Below, one piece after another: positions 1 to 14,765 of a stretch of 64,000 nt of DNA. Numbering within the stretch: position 1 is the first letter of the stretch; every line of letters starts with the position of its first letter. Both the position numbers and the translations under genes were made by a program. The notes under the pieces are model-generated. The model did not search any database and was not told the DNA's origin. It saw only the letters and a list, made by a program, of their open reading frames with translations. The DNA is from the human T2T-CHM13v2.0 reference genome, Homo sapiens: the NCBI RefSeq assembly GCF_009914755.1, contig NC_060947.1, one strand, 5' to 3'.

Positions 1-592
1 AACGAAGGAAGTGAAAGATCTGTACACTGCAAACTATAAAATATTGATGAAAGAAATGAAAGAACACAAAAATAAATGGAAAGATATTCTGTATTCATGA
101 ATTGGAAGAACTAATACTGTCAAAATGTCCACATTACCCAAAGTAATCTACAGTCAATGCAATCCCTACAGAGTCAATACAATCCCTATCAAAATTACAA
201 TGACATTTTTCACAGAAATAGGAAATCTAAAATTCATATGGAACTACAAAAGACCCTGAAGAGCCAAAGCAGTCTTGAGCAAAAAGGACAAAGCTGGAGG
301 CATCACATCATCTGATTTCAAAATATAATACAAAGCTATAGTAATAAAAAAAGCATGGTGCTGGCATAAAAACAGACACATATACAAATGGAACAGGAGA
401 GATCCCAGAAATAAATCTATGCATTATGTTCAACTGATTTTTGACAAAGATACCAAAATCACTCCATGGGGAAGAGACAGTCACTTCAAGAAATTATGTT
501 TTGAAAACTCGAAATCCACATATGGAAAAATCTCACAGAATATACAAAAAATCAACTCAAGGTGAATTATGAGCTTAAATGTAAGACCTGAA
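1..592 (+). mobile_element. Old LINE-1 (L1M-type) ORF2 fragment
   Basis: Degenerate L1 ORF2 motifs (aaatggaaagatattc, caatgcaatccctatcaaaat, aaagctggaggcatcaca) with indels. Confidence 0.9.
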
Positions 593-2061
593 CTACCAAG
601 TTATTAACCACCAGCAGCTATTGCATATTATACCTTAATTCTAACAAGTCAGAGCAGCAATTCTAATACCAAATAAGTGGTTTTGTTAAAATAGTTTCCT
701 TATGGCAATCACCACACATTCTATAATTATTCATATTTTTGTGAGCAAAACTTTAAGAAAGTATATTATTTACAGAAGTCCAATATAATCACACAAGATT
801 TTAAATGTTTTCATCACATACAGGCACACATCTTTACCTACCCGCATAGTCCAGTATAAAGAGATGACAACATCCTATTTAAAAAGTATGCTATTAGAAT
901 ATATCTGCATTTCCCCCAGTTTTTCTCCCTTCATTTTCCTCACATTACCAAATCAACACTTTGTACAACCATTAAAATGATTTTGCTAAATAAAAATCAA
1001 CATTGTGTGAAACCATTAAAAAGTTTTATTAAGTGGAATGTTTTAGTTATTATAAATATATATTATGAAGAAATAGGTATTATGGACATTTTGTTTAAAC
1101 TATAATTGACTGTTTTGCCAGGATTCTGCTGATCTTTTTTCTTCCCCTCTAGTATTACTCATGATTGCACTGCTATGTAACTTTCCTCTCCTGTTGAAAA
1201 CTTATAAGCCCATTCTAAAATATCAGTTCATTTATTAAGCTTTTTCTAATTTCTTCCATAAGAAATTCATTCATCTGTTTCCATAGTAATCACTTCATGT
1301 TGTGCTTGAGGTTATTGATTTTCTAACTGACTCCCTCACTAGATTGTGATTTACCTTGTAGGTAGGCACCATTTCTTTTATATATCTTCAGATCCTAACA
1401 TAGTGCTACATATAGAGAAGATTAAGTAAATATTTTCCCAACTCATTCAAATTAATACTTCAATATTAATGCAAATTCAAAAATACTAACATGCATACAG
1501 ACATTACATATGATTAAACTAAAATAAAACCTTTTATTTCATCTTCTCCACTTCTCCGTAAGCAGCTTATGTCTGAATGGGAATATTTTCCTAGACTTCT
1601 AAAACCCATATGAGCTTTTTTTTATTTACACATAATAACAAGCTATTATGTGAAGAGATTTATTCCAGTGATTTTATTCTTTCCTTATCTTAATGGGATA
1701 TTCCTCAGAATTTTATTTTCCCTTTACCTATCAAGAAAAGATTATTTTTAAAGTTATATTAGCTCAACTTCACAACTTAGATGTACGAAAGTGGTTTGTG
1801 AGTATATTTTGAGGCGTTGTAAATTAAATGCATAATTTTAGATTGCTCAAACTAAAAATTTCAAAATACTCTAAACCTGACACTAAGATATCATTATATC
1901 TAAATTTTAAATTTTACACCAAATTAGGTTTTGTGGAGTAAATGAAGGCAAGATAACTTAATGTTCTACTAATGGCCACAGAATAAAATTTCTCTTCATT
2001 ATAGAAGTCCTTGTGGTTGGAAAATAAGTTTCATTTGAGTTTGAGTTTTACTTGTATATAT

Positions 2062-2303
2062 ATTTTTATTTTTTGAGACAGGGTCTCACTCCAGTTGCTC
2101 GGGCTGGAAGGCAGTGGTGCGATCTCGGCTCACTGCAGCCTCAGGTGATTCTCCCACGTCAGCCTCCCAAGTAGTTGGGACTACAGGCATGCACCACCAA
2201 ACCCTGCTAATTTTTTTTTTCTGTATTTTTATTAGAGATGGGGTTTTGTCACCTTTTCCAGGCTGGTCTGGAACTTCTGTAATCAAGTAATCTGCCCGCC
2301 TTG
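2062..2303 (-). mobile_element. Alu (AluJ-like), truncated
   Basis: T-tract followed by gagacagggtctcact and gcctcccaagtagttgggactacagg. Confidence 0.9.
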
Positions 2304-2659
2304 TCATATATATTTTTAATGAAGTATATTGCATATTGAGGAAGTGGTTTGCTAATATTCTACTACTAGATGTTCTTTGTAAATCAACTTTGATTCCCAC
2401 AACTATTCTTTAATGTAGACACCATATTACCGATAAGGAAACAGTTATCAGAGAGATTAAATAGCTGGTTATCTATATCATAGAACCTCTTTATTCTAAA
2501 TTGTCTTACATTTCTACTCACTTTATACATTTTTAATCAAAAATAGTTTAAACATCTATTTCCCCAATAAAAATAGTTAATTAAGTAAATGGAAATATAT
2601 AACATTCCATTTGTTATGGATAATATCACTATAACAATTAGAAGCCAGAACCTACTATA

Positions 2660-2981
2660 CAGTTGGCCCTCCAAATATGTGAGTTCCATATCCAAGGATT
2701 CAACCAACCATGGATCAAAAATATTTAAAAAAATAAATAAGAATAACAATTCAAGAATAAAAGGTAATATCAATAAAAATGCAGTACAACAACTGTTTAC
2801 ATAGCATTTACATTGTACTAGGCTATAACTAACCTAGAGATGATTTAAAGTATACAGGAGGATGTGCATAAGTTATATGCAAATACTATTTCATTTTATA
2901 TCAGGGACTTGAGCATTTGGGAATTTTGGTATCCACATGGGGCCTGGAACCAATACTCCATGGACACTGAGGGACGACTGT
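2660..2981. mobile_element. MER2-like TcMar-Tigger DNA transposon
   Basis: Terminal inverted repeats cagttggccctc / gagggacgactg flanked by TA dinucleotides. Confidence 0.85.
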
Positions 2982-3129
2982 ACTACAAACTGAAACAATT
3001 AAATACGGCATATTCGACACTTCTAAGACAAGGCTGGGAAGACTAGAGCTGAAGTCATAATGTTTTTAAAAATCCCCATGTTCTCACTAACCAAATTCTG
3101 AAAACTATGAAACTAATTTAAGCAGACAG

Positions 3130-3330
3130 ATACAATTGTGCTGAGAGCAGAGATACTGAAGTTAGACTATCTGAGTAAAAATTCTGTTCTTAATGCCCGC
3201 GGTAACTCTTACTAGCTTGGCAATTTACTTAACCTTTCTCTGTTCCAGTTTGTTACGAAAAATAGGTGAGGATATATACAATTTAGAACAGTACTTGACA
3301 CAAAGTGAATACTATCTAAAAGCTGTTGAC
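3130..3330 (+). mobile_element. MIR (decayed)
   Basis: MIR-like core: cttactagcttgg...ttacttaacctttctctgttccagttt...tagaacagtacttgacaca. Confidence 0.6.
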
Positions 3331-3549
3331 TATCATTTCCTTTTTCTTTGACTAGTTTGAGTCACTCACCCTCTCTTCCCCTTGCCTTTACCATAATGGA
3401 TTTTATAGCACACTATACTTCTCCTTTTCAGTATTTTTCAGAATGTAGCCAGTAGATTCTGCAGCAGAGAATAGGCTGATTTTCTCTATAACTGGTACAA
3501 ATAGAAAATAGAAATACATTCAATAACCTCTGGTTTTATCTTTTGTCCA

Positions 3550-3760
3550 CTGCTTTTTCTCTTTACATACAATTTTTCCAGGAGGAGAGTTTCCAATCTC
3601 CATTATTCACCACTATCTATATGCTGATCACATTCAAGTCTCTTTCTCCAGGAACAAGTTAACTTCATAGCTTCAGCTGAAATATCCAATTTCCTGATGG
3701 ACATATCCAACCAGATACACTCAATCTATCCAAAACATGTTCTTATTGTAGTCTCACTTA
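3550..3760 (+). mobile_element. L2 fragment
   Basis: ctatatgctgat...atatccaatttcctgatggacatatcc...caatctatccaaa, typical of the L2 3' region. Confidence 0.55.
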
Positions 3761-4016
3761 TGGGGTATTATCCAAAATTATTAGCATATTACATAAAATA
3801 TGTCATGATCCTGTTCTCCCTCCTGGCCCTCTGTGCCTCAGGCTGAATCGCTTGCTTATGCTGCTTCCATATGAGACATGCTAGTTTTTGTTCCTATTAT
3901 CTTATAATTTTCTTCCCATCTAATATCATCTGATCTTTGTCATTATTAGTATGCATTTCTATTTTTCCAGAATCTGTAAGTATTGTGTATACACACAATA
4001 TATATACTGCTTATAC

Positions 4017-4080
4017 AGAGTGTGTGTGTGTGTGTATATATATCTATATATATACTGCAGTTGATATATATATATATATG
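4017..4080. repeat. (TG)n/(TA)n microsatellite
   Basis: Seen directly. Confidence 0.9.
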
Positions 4081-4689
4081 CTGTATGAGTATTCTATTAA
4101 AGAAAGAAATTAGAATATATCACATGGATTCAAGAACAAAACATGTTTTATTCTTCTAGAATCTAAATCATAGGATTAGTATTATAAGGTGTACCTGTTG
4201 AGAAAGGGATCAAGAAACCACTAGGCATCAATGTAAACTGTGACTCTACTTATCTATCAAACCTCAAAGAATCCAGAAAGAAAAGCTTAAATATAACATG
4301 GCACCAAGGAGGACCTGACAGATCCATTTTGTATCTTACGGTGAAGGAGGTAGGCACAAAAAAGAATGAAGAGTCCATGGATTTTCAGGCACAATGACAC
4401 CATCAATTCATTATCATTGCTCAATTAATGAGGTAGATCATTGGAATAGCAATCCTTGCTCAGTTAGTAAGAAGATGGGAAGCCAAGCAAATGAAAATGG
4501 TAGAAGTTGCTTGATGTAATAAAAGAGGTGAAGCCCCCACCTACACACCTAACACACATAAGTAACCTATTGTTTTCAGTGGTGATGAAAAGCCCTCACT
4601 AAAAATGCCAGAGTAAATAAAAATATTAAGAAAATCCCAGGCTTTCTGCGAAACCAGTTTACCATCTAGTGCCAAGAATAATGAAGTGG

Positions 4690-5030
4690 TCATTGAAGCT
4701 GTTTACATTGTGCTTCTCTTCTCCTTTCAGGCACCTGGGAGGTTGGCATTACCTTTCACCCTTTAAAATTGGGTATGGCTATATGACTTGTTTTATCCAA
4801 TTAAATATCAGGGAAAGAGATGTGTCTCTACTATAAGTGAAATCTTCATAAGTCAGTACATGATTCCCCACAATCCTTCATTGTAAGAGATTATGGAAAC
4901 ATTTCAGTTTGGAGCTTCTAAAAGCCTATGTCCTTGAGGGGCTAAGATGTGCAGAGTCCCTGCTAAACAGCCTTGGCAGTAGCTAAAAGTTTTGGCTATG
5001 TTGAGCCTCTGAGGTTCCAGCTTGTACTTC
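4690..5030 (+). mobile_element. MLT1-type MaLR LTR (decayed)
   Basis: ggctatatgacttgttttatccaat...gggaaagagatgtgt...tatgttgagcctctgagg resembles MLT1. Confidence 0.55.
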
Positions 5031-6499
5031 TCGATTTAATGTAAACACTATCTGTCGATAATATGGTACCACATATGGTTCACCTCATGAATGCTTTTGA
5101 TAATTTTTTTAAAAATAAATATTATTTCTAAAATAGTTTAGCTGGTTTTGGGGGGATTTATCAATCAACGGAATTGACATGATTTTACAAATCAGTTTAT
5201 ATATTGTCATGAGTCTCACTTATTTGTTGTACATTTGTTAACATATCTCTGAAAAGTAGGCAGTTTTATTGTCAGCTGAATGGAAGAAATTTCCTCAGAG
5301 ATAAAAAATATATTTGAAGATCTCTTTCCAATCTTTTTTGATTCCTTAAATAAAATTAATTGCAATCATTAGTATAAGAAAAAAATATATACTTCCCTAT
5401 TTTGTCTTTGAATTGGTGTGAATGTAGTGCATACGGTAGTATAATGGAAGAAAATATTCAAAATAGATGAAAGAAAAATGAAGAATTATGTATATATGGT
5501 ACATCTTTAATAGGTTGATATTAGAGTTTCTATATATAACCAATTCATCGTGGTCTCTAAAAAATTCCTTTTTATCTTGCATAGAAATAGCTCAATTATA
5601 TATTCTAAAAAGCAATCTACAGCATTTCAAGTATGTGGGATGCTTTTTCATGTTCTTTAATTCGTAAGGAAGAATTAGCATGTAAATAGGTAATTAAGAA
5701 AAGGCATAAAAGGCTATGATTGAAACTAATACATTTAGAATAAAAATAAAAGTTTTTTCCTATTTCTTGCAGCATAGAGAAATAACTAGGATAGAACATT
5801 TATATATCTGAGAAAGAAATCCTGAGGCTGTGAATTTGTAAGTTGTGTTTCCTTACAGCTTACAATTTCCCCTTTAAAACACAGGAAGAAAATTAAATGA
5901 TCCCTTCAAAATCTCAGTAAGACTGAATGTACATCTGATGTGTAGCAAATGTCATTACATTGATAGGCAGATACATGTGACTGGCTGTGCTCATTCATTC
6001 CATACAGGACTTGCTTTCTTCCATACCAGTTTTGCAGGACCTGTGATTCAAATCTGTCATTCAGCTGTATTTAAATTTACTACTTTACATGGATGCTCAG
6101 ATAACCAAAACCATGACTATTAAATCTATTAAACACTCTATGACCAAAGATAATAGCATAATATTTGTGGTTTATTCAAGGAATAAGAGATATTTTGCTG
6201 TGATTATAGAGTCTATGTAAATTATGGGGAATGCCATAAGTAAGGCCAGAAAGGAAGCTTGGAGCCAAATGATAATGGACTTTGAATGTTGTGATGGTTG
6301 CATTGTTTAATGTGGAGTCAATTATTTTTAGTTTGTATTATTTCATTTGTCTATTTGTTTGCTTTTCACTATAGAAGTGCTATGATGTTCTAACACAGTG
6401 TGAAAAACAGACTACTTGGGTTTGGAGAAACTGGAGTCAGTTTTTGGCAAGCCCAAAACTAAAATAAACTATGGAGGAAAATCAGAGCAAGGGTTACAC

Positions 6500-6835
6500 C
6501 CAAGGAATTCTCTTCAAAGAGGCATATAGGAATTCTGTGGAGCGACTGAAATGTTTCATATCTTGATAGGGATTTCCATCTGTTTTGTATCTTCAGGGAT
6601 TACACAAGTATATGCTTTTGTCAAAACACATGGCACAGTACTTTTAAGATGTGTTGATTTTACTGTGTGTGGATTTTACCCCTAAGGATTTAAGGACTGA
6701 AAACAAATACCGAACTCTAGATAAAGATGTGCATGCTGACATGTTTAGGGGTAAAACGCCATCAAAATAAGATAGATTGATAGGTGGATGATATGGGGCT
6801 GGATAGATATGTGATACCTAATAAATCACATAAAG
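6500..6835 (+). mobile_element. Old L1 (L1ME/L1MD) 3' UTR fragment
   Basis: gaaatgtttcatatcttgataggg...ttgtcaaaac...gtacttttaagatgtgt. Confidence 0.6.
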
Positions 6836-6839
6836 AGAA

Positions 6840-7041
6840 CCAGGCGTAGCCACTCACGCCTGTTATCCTAGCACTTTGGGAGGCTGAGACAGGTGGATTG
6901 CCTGAGCTCAGGAGTACGAGACCAGCCTGGGAAACACGGTGAAACCCCCATCTCTACAAAAATACAAAAAATTAGCCAGGTGTGGTGGTGTGTGTCTGTT
7001 GTCCCAGCTACTTGGGAGGCTCAGGCATAAGAATCGCTTGA
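6840..7041 (+). mobile_element. AluS 5' part (split by an L1 insertion)
   Basis: Alu left arm and A-linker; breaks at aagaatcgcttga and resumes at 9507. Confidence 0.95.
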
Positions 7042-9506
<2,465 letters not shown>

Positions 9507-9625
9507 AAGAATCGCTTGAACCTGGGAGGCCGAGATTGCAGTGAGCCAAGATTGGCCACTGCACTCCAGCCTGAGCGATAGAGCAAGACTCTGTCTCAAA
9601 AAAATAAAAACAAAAATAAATAAAG
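9507..9625 (+). mobile_element. AluS 3' part
   Basis: gaatcgcttgaacctgggagg...gagcaagactctgtctc plus A-tail. Confidence 0.95.
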
Positions 9626-10294
9626 CACATGATGAAATATGTTAACAATTATAGAATTTAAGTTATAGTTACCTGGATATTCATGGTGCAAGTATTTCAA
9701 ATTTTCTATAGGTCTGGAAATTTTCATACTAAAATACTGAGAAAAAATAATCCAGGTCAAATTGTGCAAAATACTGTGCAAGTAGCAAGAAGGACCACAC
9801 CCTCACCTCAAAATAATTAGAAAAACTAGTTCATATAGACACAAGTCTGAAAAAGGCTATACTTTTATAATAGCAAACAAGTCCCATTACAATCTTGGAA
9901 TATTTTCTGATGGTAAATACAGATTTGCTGAAAAATACATAGCTAATATAACACAATGAGAAACATATAAAATTTGCTGTATAAGATATATGCTTGACAC
10001 AAAACTATTTTGTAGTTGAGTTGAACTAAATATTCATTAATTTATGCCATTAATGGGGTGGGAATGGGGAACAGGATATAGTGACTTCTGATTATTCTAG
10101 AATACTACTAACTCCTGTCAGAAACATAAAAGGTAAAGAAAGATTCATGGGACTTCAATGTATTCCTAGTTTCTGTGTTTAAGGAATTCCTTTGGAATAT
10201 TCTGTTTTTCTTTATCTAGGCTGGGTAAATAGAATGCCTTTTAAAATGTCCCCATGCCTTACAAAATATATTTGATCAACTGGCTGGTTCATCA

Positions 10295-10600
10295 GAATAT
10301 TTTTTTTTATTTTATGTATAGCATGATGTTTTTATACACATACACATAGTGAAATGATTACTACAGTCAAGCAAATTAGCATTTCCATCACCTTTTTTGC
10401 ATGTGTGATCAAAGATCTAAAATCTATTCTCTTAGCGTATCTCTAGTATGCAACACAATACTCTTAATTATAGTCCTCATGCTGTACATTAGACTCTGCC
10501 ATTTGTGATAACATGGATAAACCTAGAGGACATTATGCTAAATGATAAATGCCAGACAGAAGAGGAAAATATTGCATAATCTCACTTATATGTGGAATCA
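10295..10600 (-). mobile_element. L1MA 3' end with inverted segment
   Basis: Antisense L1MA 3' UTR (catagtgaaatgattactacagtcaagc) abuts sense-strand gccatttgtgataacatggataaacctagaggac at about 10495. Confidence 0.75.
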
Positions 10601-11939
10601 AACAATTTAAATACATTAGAGTATTCATATATATATATATATTTAAAATGTGTATATATGTTACTGCCTTTATTAGAAGAATGCTCTTTGAAGACAAACC
10701 AGTTCCACACATTTAGAAACTGGTGTTCTTTAGGGTTAATGCTCATTTTATGCAAATATTATAAAGACTAAATATTAAGTATATCCCAACACTGACTTTC
10801 ATTCAGAAGGAATTCATTTGGTAAGTATTAGGATTACTGCAGGGATTATTAAAAGGTAATTATTTTTTGAAATATTACATTCGTAAAACAAGTCTCATCA
10901 TGTGTTGGGCTTATTTAGATTGAAACATTTACATTTTAAATTATCTGCATCATGTTGATCTTGGGAAAACAAATTTAGAGCATATCTGTTCCGAATGTTG
11001 AACATGTGGAATGTGTATAAATGATACTACACTTCACACATTTTCTATCATATTGCTGCAGTCCTAAAAAGTATTCCTACCACTCTACCTCTACTTGGGC
11101 TTACTTGGAATGGATTCAGATATTTCAGGTAGAATTTCAAAAAGCATTAGCTTTGACCTTCCTCATTCTGGTCTCTGAAAAGCTGAAATATTTCATCTGG
11201 TGATTTTAAGCTGTTGATCCTCTTTCGAAAATCCCAAAAGAAACATATGGCAAAATTACATCGAACAAGCTTTCCACTTCATCACCTCATCAGAAACTGA
11301 AACAGAACATTAGGAATTCAGCCAAGAGTTGCCATCCAAAGGCCACACTTTCTGTATGCTGACTCAACTCCGGCATTAATTATGGGAGCGTATGATGGTT
11401 ACCGATATATCTTTGGAACATCCAGAAATTGCTTGAGAAAATATAGTAAATTATCCTTGTCAAATTTAGAACAGGTACGCAAATCTTTTTGAAAGGGAAA
11501 ATGTAAGTGAATTAAGGGAAAACATCCTCTAATCAGACTCAGATTTAACTTTCAAGTATGTAGTGCAGCTATACACTTTTAAAAAAGTAATATTGGATGA
11601 TATTTGATGATTTTATTTCATTGCAACTTTAACAAATACATATTGCATTTATTTAAGAAACGTTTAATAGTCATAGTTCAGCTCTTTCAATCTCAGTGGT
11701 TATTAATTATATTAGGTTTGAGTTTTATGGGTTTGAATAATCTCCAGTAAAAGTGAACGTAAATATGCACTGCAAAGAATGTTTTATTTAAATATGATGT
11801 CCAATAGGACATCAGCAGCAGTGAGTTAGCTATAATTATTTTCTTATTACTGACAAGTCAAGGACAAGTAGGCTAAGGAGAGATAGAATGAATGTAGCCA
11901 CAGCCATACAACCTGGTAATATTTGATGTAATTTCTAGG

Positions 11940-12860
11940 TCTACAAATTCCTTTTTTTACACTTTCTATTTCTTTCTTCATTATATTCTTCTTTTCTTTA
12001 TTTAAACATATTTACAATGTCTTTTAAATTCTTTCTTAATTTTATCATCTCTATCAATTATGGATCTTCTTAATTGATTTTTTCCTAGTTATGATCCACA
12101 TTTTCCTGCTACATGCATGTTTAGTAATTGTGGATAATGATGGAAATTATGAATATTAATGTTGTCAATTATCTAGATTTTGCTGTTCTCTTTGAAAGAC
12201 TATTGAGTTTCATTTTGACATTTATGTATTTGTATATCAGCATTTTCTTGTTGAGACGTTTTTCTCAGCTTTGTTAGGATGGGTCTAGGTTAGCTTTTAT
12301 TCTAGGGCTAGCATAGCCTTCCTCCTATAATGTGGCCTTTCTGGGGTCTCTACCGAAGTCTCAGGGTGATCAATAGTGATGTCCCAGCCTCGTGTGAACT
12401 TTGGAACTTCTTCAGTTTATAGCTTCTGACAGCTACTCTCTGTCTGACCTTATGGAATCTCACCTTATGCATATGACACTTATTCAGCCAAATATTCAAA
12501 ATGATCCCAATTCTGATCTCTATGAGCCTTGTTCAGTGCAGAACTCTCTCTGCTCTGGTACTCCACCCGACAAGTTTCAGCCACCTTAGCCTTCAAAACT
12601 TTTATATCTGTCTCTTAAGTCTGGGAAGTCCATTGTTCTCAGTTTGGTATCACCTTTCCTCTGCCAGAGTCCATTAAGTGCCTCTGTGAAAATCTAGGGC
12701 TATTACAGGGCTCACCTCATCCTTTTCCTTCCTTTAGGGATCTTGCACTGCTCGTTGTCCAAGTCTGAAAAGAGTATTTTCAAATATTTTGTCTATTTTT
12801 CAAGTTGTTCATGGTAGGGTATAATTTTACTATCAGTTATTCTGCCATGATAAGTGAAAG
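11940..12860 (-). mobile_element. Old L1M fragment (antisense)
   Basis: T-rich antisense L1M-like sequence (ttttcctgctacatgcatgtttagtaatt; gggctcacctcatcc...gttgtccaagtctgaaaa). Confidence 0.6.
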
Positions 12861-13299
12861 TGCTCTATCTGTGATTCTTAAAACTTCCTAGAGACTTCAG
12901 ATGTGCATTCAGAGTTGAGTATCTATGTTCTAGTTGAAATTTACCAACTTAGCAGTACATATCTGAATGAGTTCTACTGAATACATGATCATCTTATGCA
13001 AAATAGTTCCATCACATATTCAAATTATCTATAACTTTACTTGAGCATTTATCAACTTGAACCTCCACTATTCTATGGTCCAATATGTCCTGCATTCTAT
13101 TAATTTATTACTAAATGCACAGGTAACCTAGTTTCTATCCATCAGAGTATGTATCAATTTTTAGTTATAAACATTTAATTTACATGCATCACTGAATAAC
13201 CTGAAAATAATTATTACATAAAATTTCATTCTGATTTCATGCCAATGAAATTTGCCTTGGAAAATTTCATGAAATAACATGAGAATCCAACTTCTAAGC

Positions 13300-13492
13300 C
13301 AGTTGTTGACAAACTATAGCCCTAAAACCAAATCAGATCCATCGCTTGATTTTGTAAATAAAGGTTTTTTGGAACAGAGCCACACTCTTCCATTTAACGG
13401 CAGAGTGAGTAGTGAGACAGAGACCATATGGTCCCCAAAGTCTGAAATGTTTATTATCTAGCCCTTTACAGAAAAAAAATTGCCAACCTCTG
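13300..13492. mobile_element. MER58A hAT-Charlie DNA transposon
   Basis: cagttgttgacaaact...ttgccaacctctg termini, internal ttttgtaaataaag motif, degenerate 8-bp TSD. Confidence 0.85.
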
Positions 13493-14589
13493 CTCTAATC
13501 TCATATATTTGAGTACCGTTCTTGTTCAACAGATTGTCAGCTAATGATTCTACAAATATACTTTAACTCTTTGTTATTTAGAACACAACAGTACAGTAAA
13601 CATAGAGAGATATTATTGGCCCAGCTTCGTCTCCCTAAGTTTCATGGGAGCATTCTAGAAGGGGGACACAGTGTGAAAGGAGATAACAAATAACAATAAA
13701 AACCCTCACTGAGTGTTAGGAGCAGTTATTCAACTTTTCTAAACTACATCCTCATCTTTGGGGCACAGCTAATATTGATCGAATTAACCAGGCCTATTTG
13801 TACACATTTAAGAGAATGCAAACACATCATATTGTATTACATTATATTTATAAATGATGCATAAAATATGTCAAAACTGGGCAAAATACAACAAAGATAA
13901 CACATATTAAGAAGGCAATGACCAAAGCTAAAATGGTGATGTATAATACAATTATTACATCTACTGGCTGTAAGTCGGGCTTGATTTAAAGGTAAAAAAA
14001 TTTCTAAAATTTGTTAATCCCACAAAGTAATGACCAGGAATCAGATTTAAGAACTCTAAGCAAAGTCACAAACATAAGAATCACTAATTGTCTACAACAT
14101 GAGTACTGTATTATCAAAATATCTTTTTCTCTTGTGCTTATGTTATCCTGGAAGAAACAGTGAACTACTGAAAGAACTAAAACTAACAAACTATACGTTA
14201 ATTAAAATGAGTTTAAAATAAAACCCAATTTTGTAGAGCATTTAAAAACTTATAATAAATTTTGGTGTCTCTTCTTCATACAAGTATTTTTTAAAAATCA
14301 AATTTGTATCTTCAGTAACATTAAAATGAAAACATATCCGACTGACAGCAAATTAAATCAGTTAACAGGCTTTCAAATATCCTTGTGATAATGAGCCCAA
14401 CAATGTAATCAGGTCACTGCTATGAATCTAGAATTACAATTTATATTAAGAAACTGCAAATATATGTTCATTGTATATTTGCATTTTAATACAGTTAATT
14501 ATTATTATATTCCTTTTATTTCACTTGAGGGATTTCAGTGTACCAGATACTGCAATATGCTTTGTAGGAATGGTATTATAATGATTTAT

Positions 14590-14765
14590 TACTCATCGAT
14601 ACGTAGTTTGTTGCAGGTCTTAGAGAAGTTGCTGTGGACACACCTAACTCACTGATTGATGGAATCTACTGTGTGCCTGGCAATGGGATGGGTGATGGAG
14701 ATACATCATTTAGCAAGATGTTTGTGTTGCCTAATCTCATGGAACTTAGAGTCTATAGTTTTATT
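14590..14765 (-). mobile_element. L2 3' fragment
   Basis: ctactgtgtgcctggca...ggagatacatca...ctcatggaacttagagtcta. Confidence 0.6.

Noticed and set aside
14004-14147. Additional minus-strand exon (DNISTREKDILIIQ...)
   Set aside because: Good acceptor but no convincing donor, and its phase does not fit the chain
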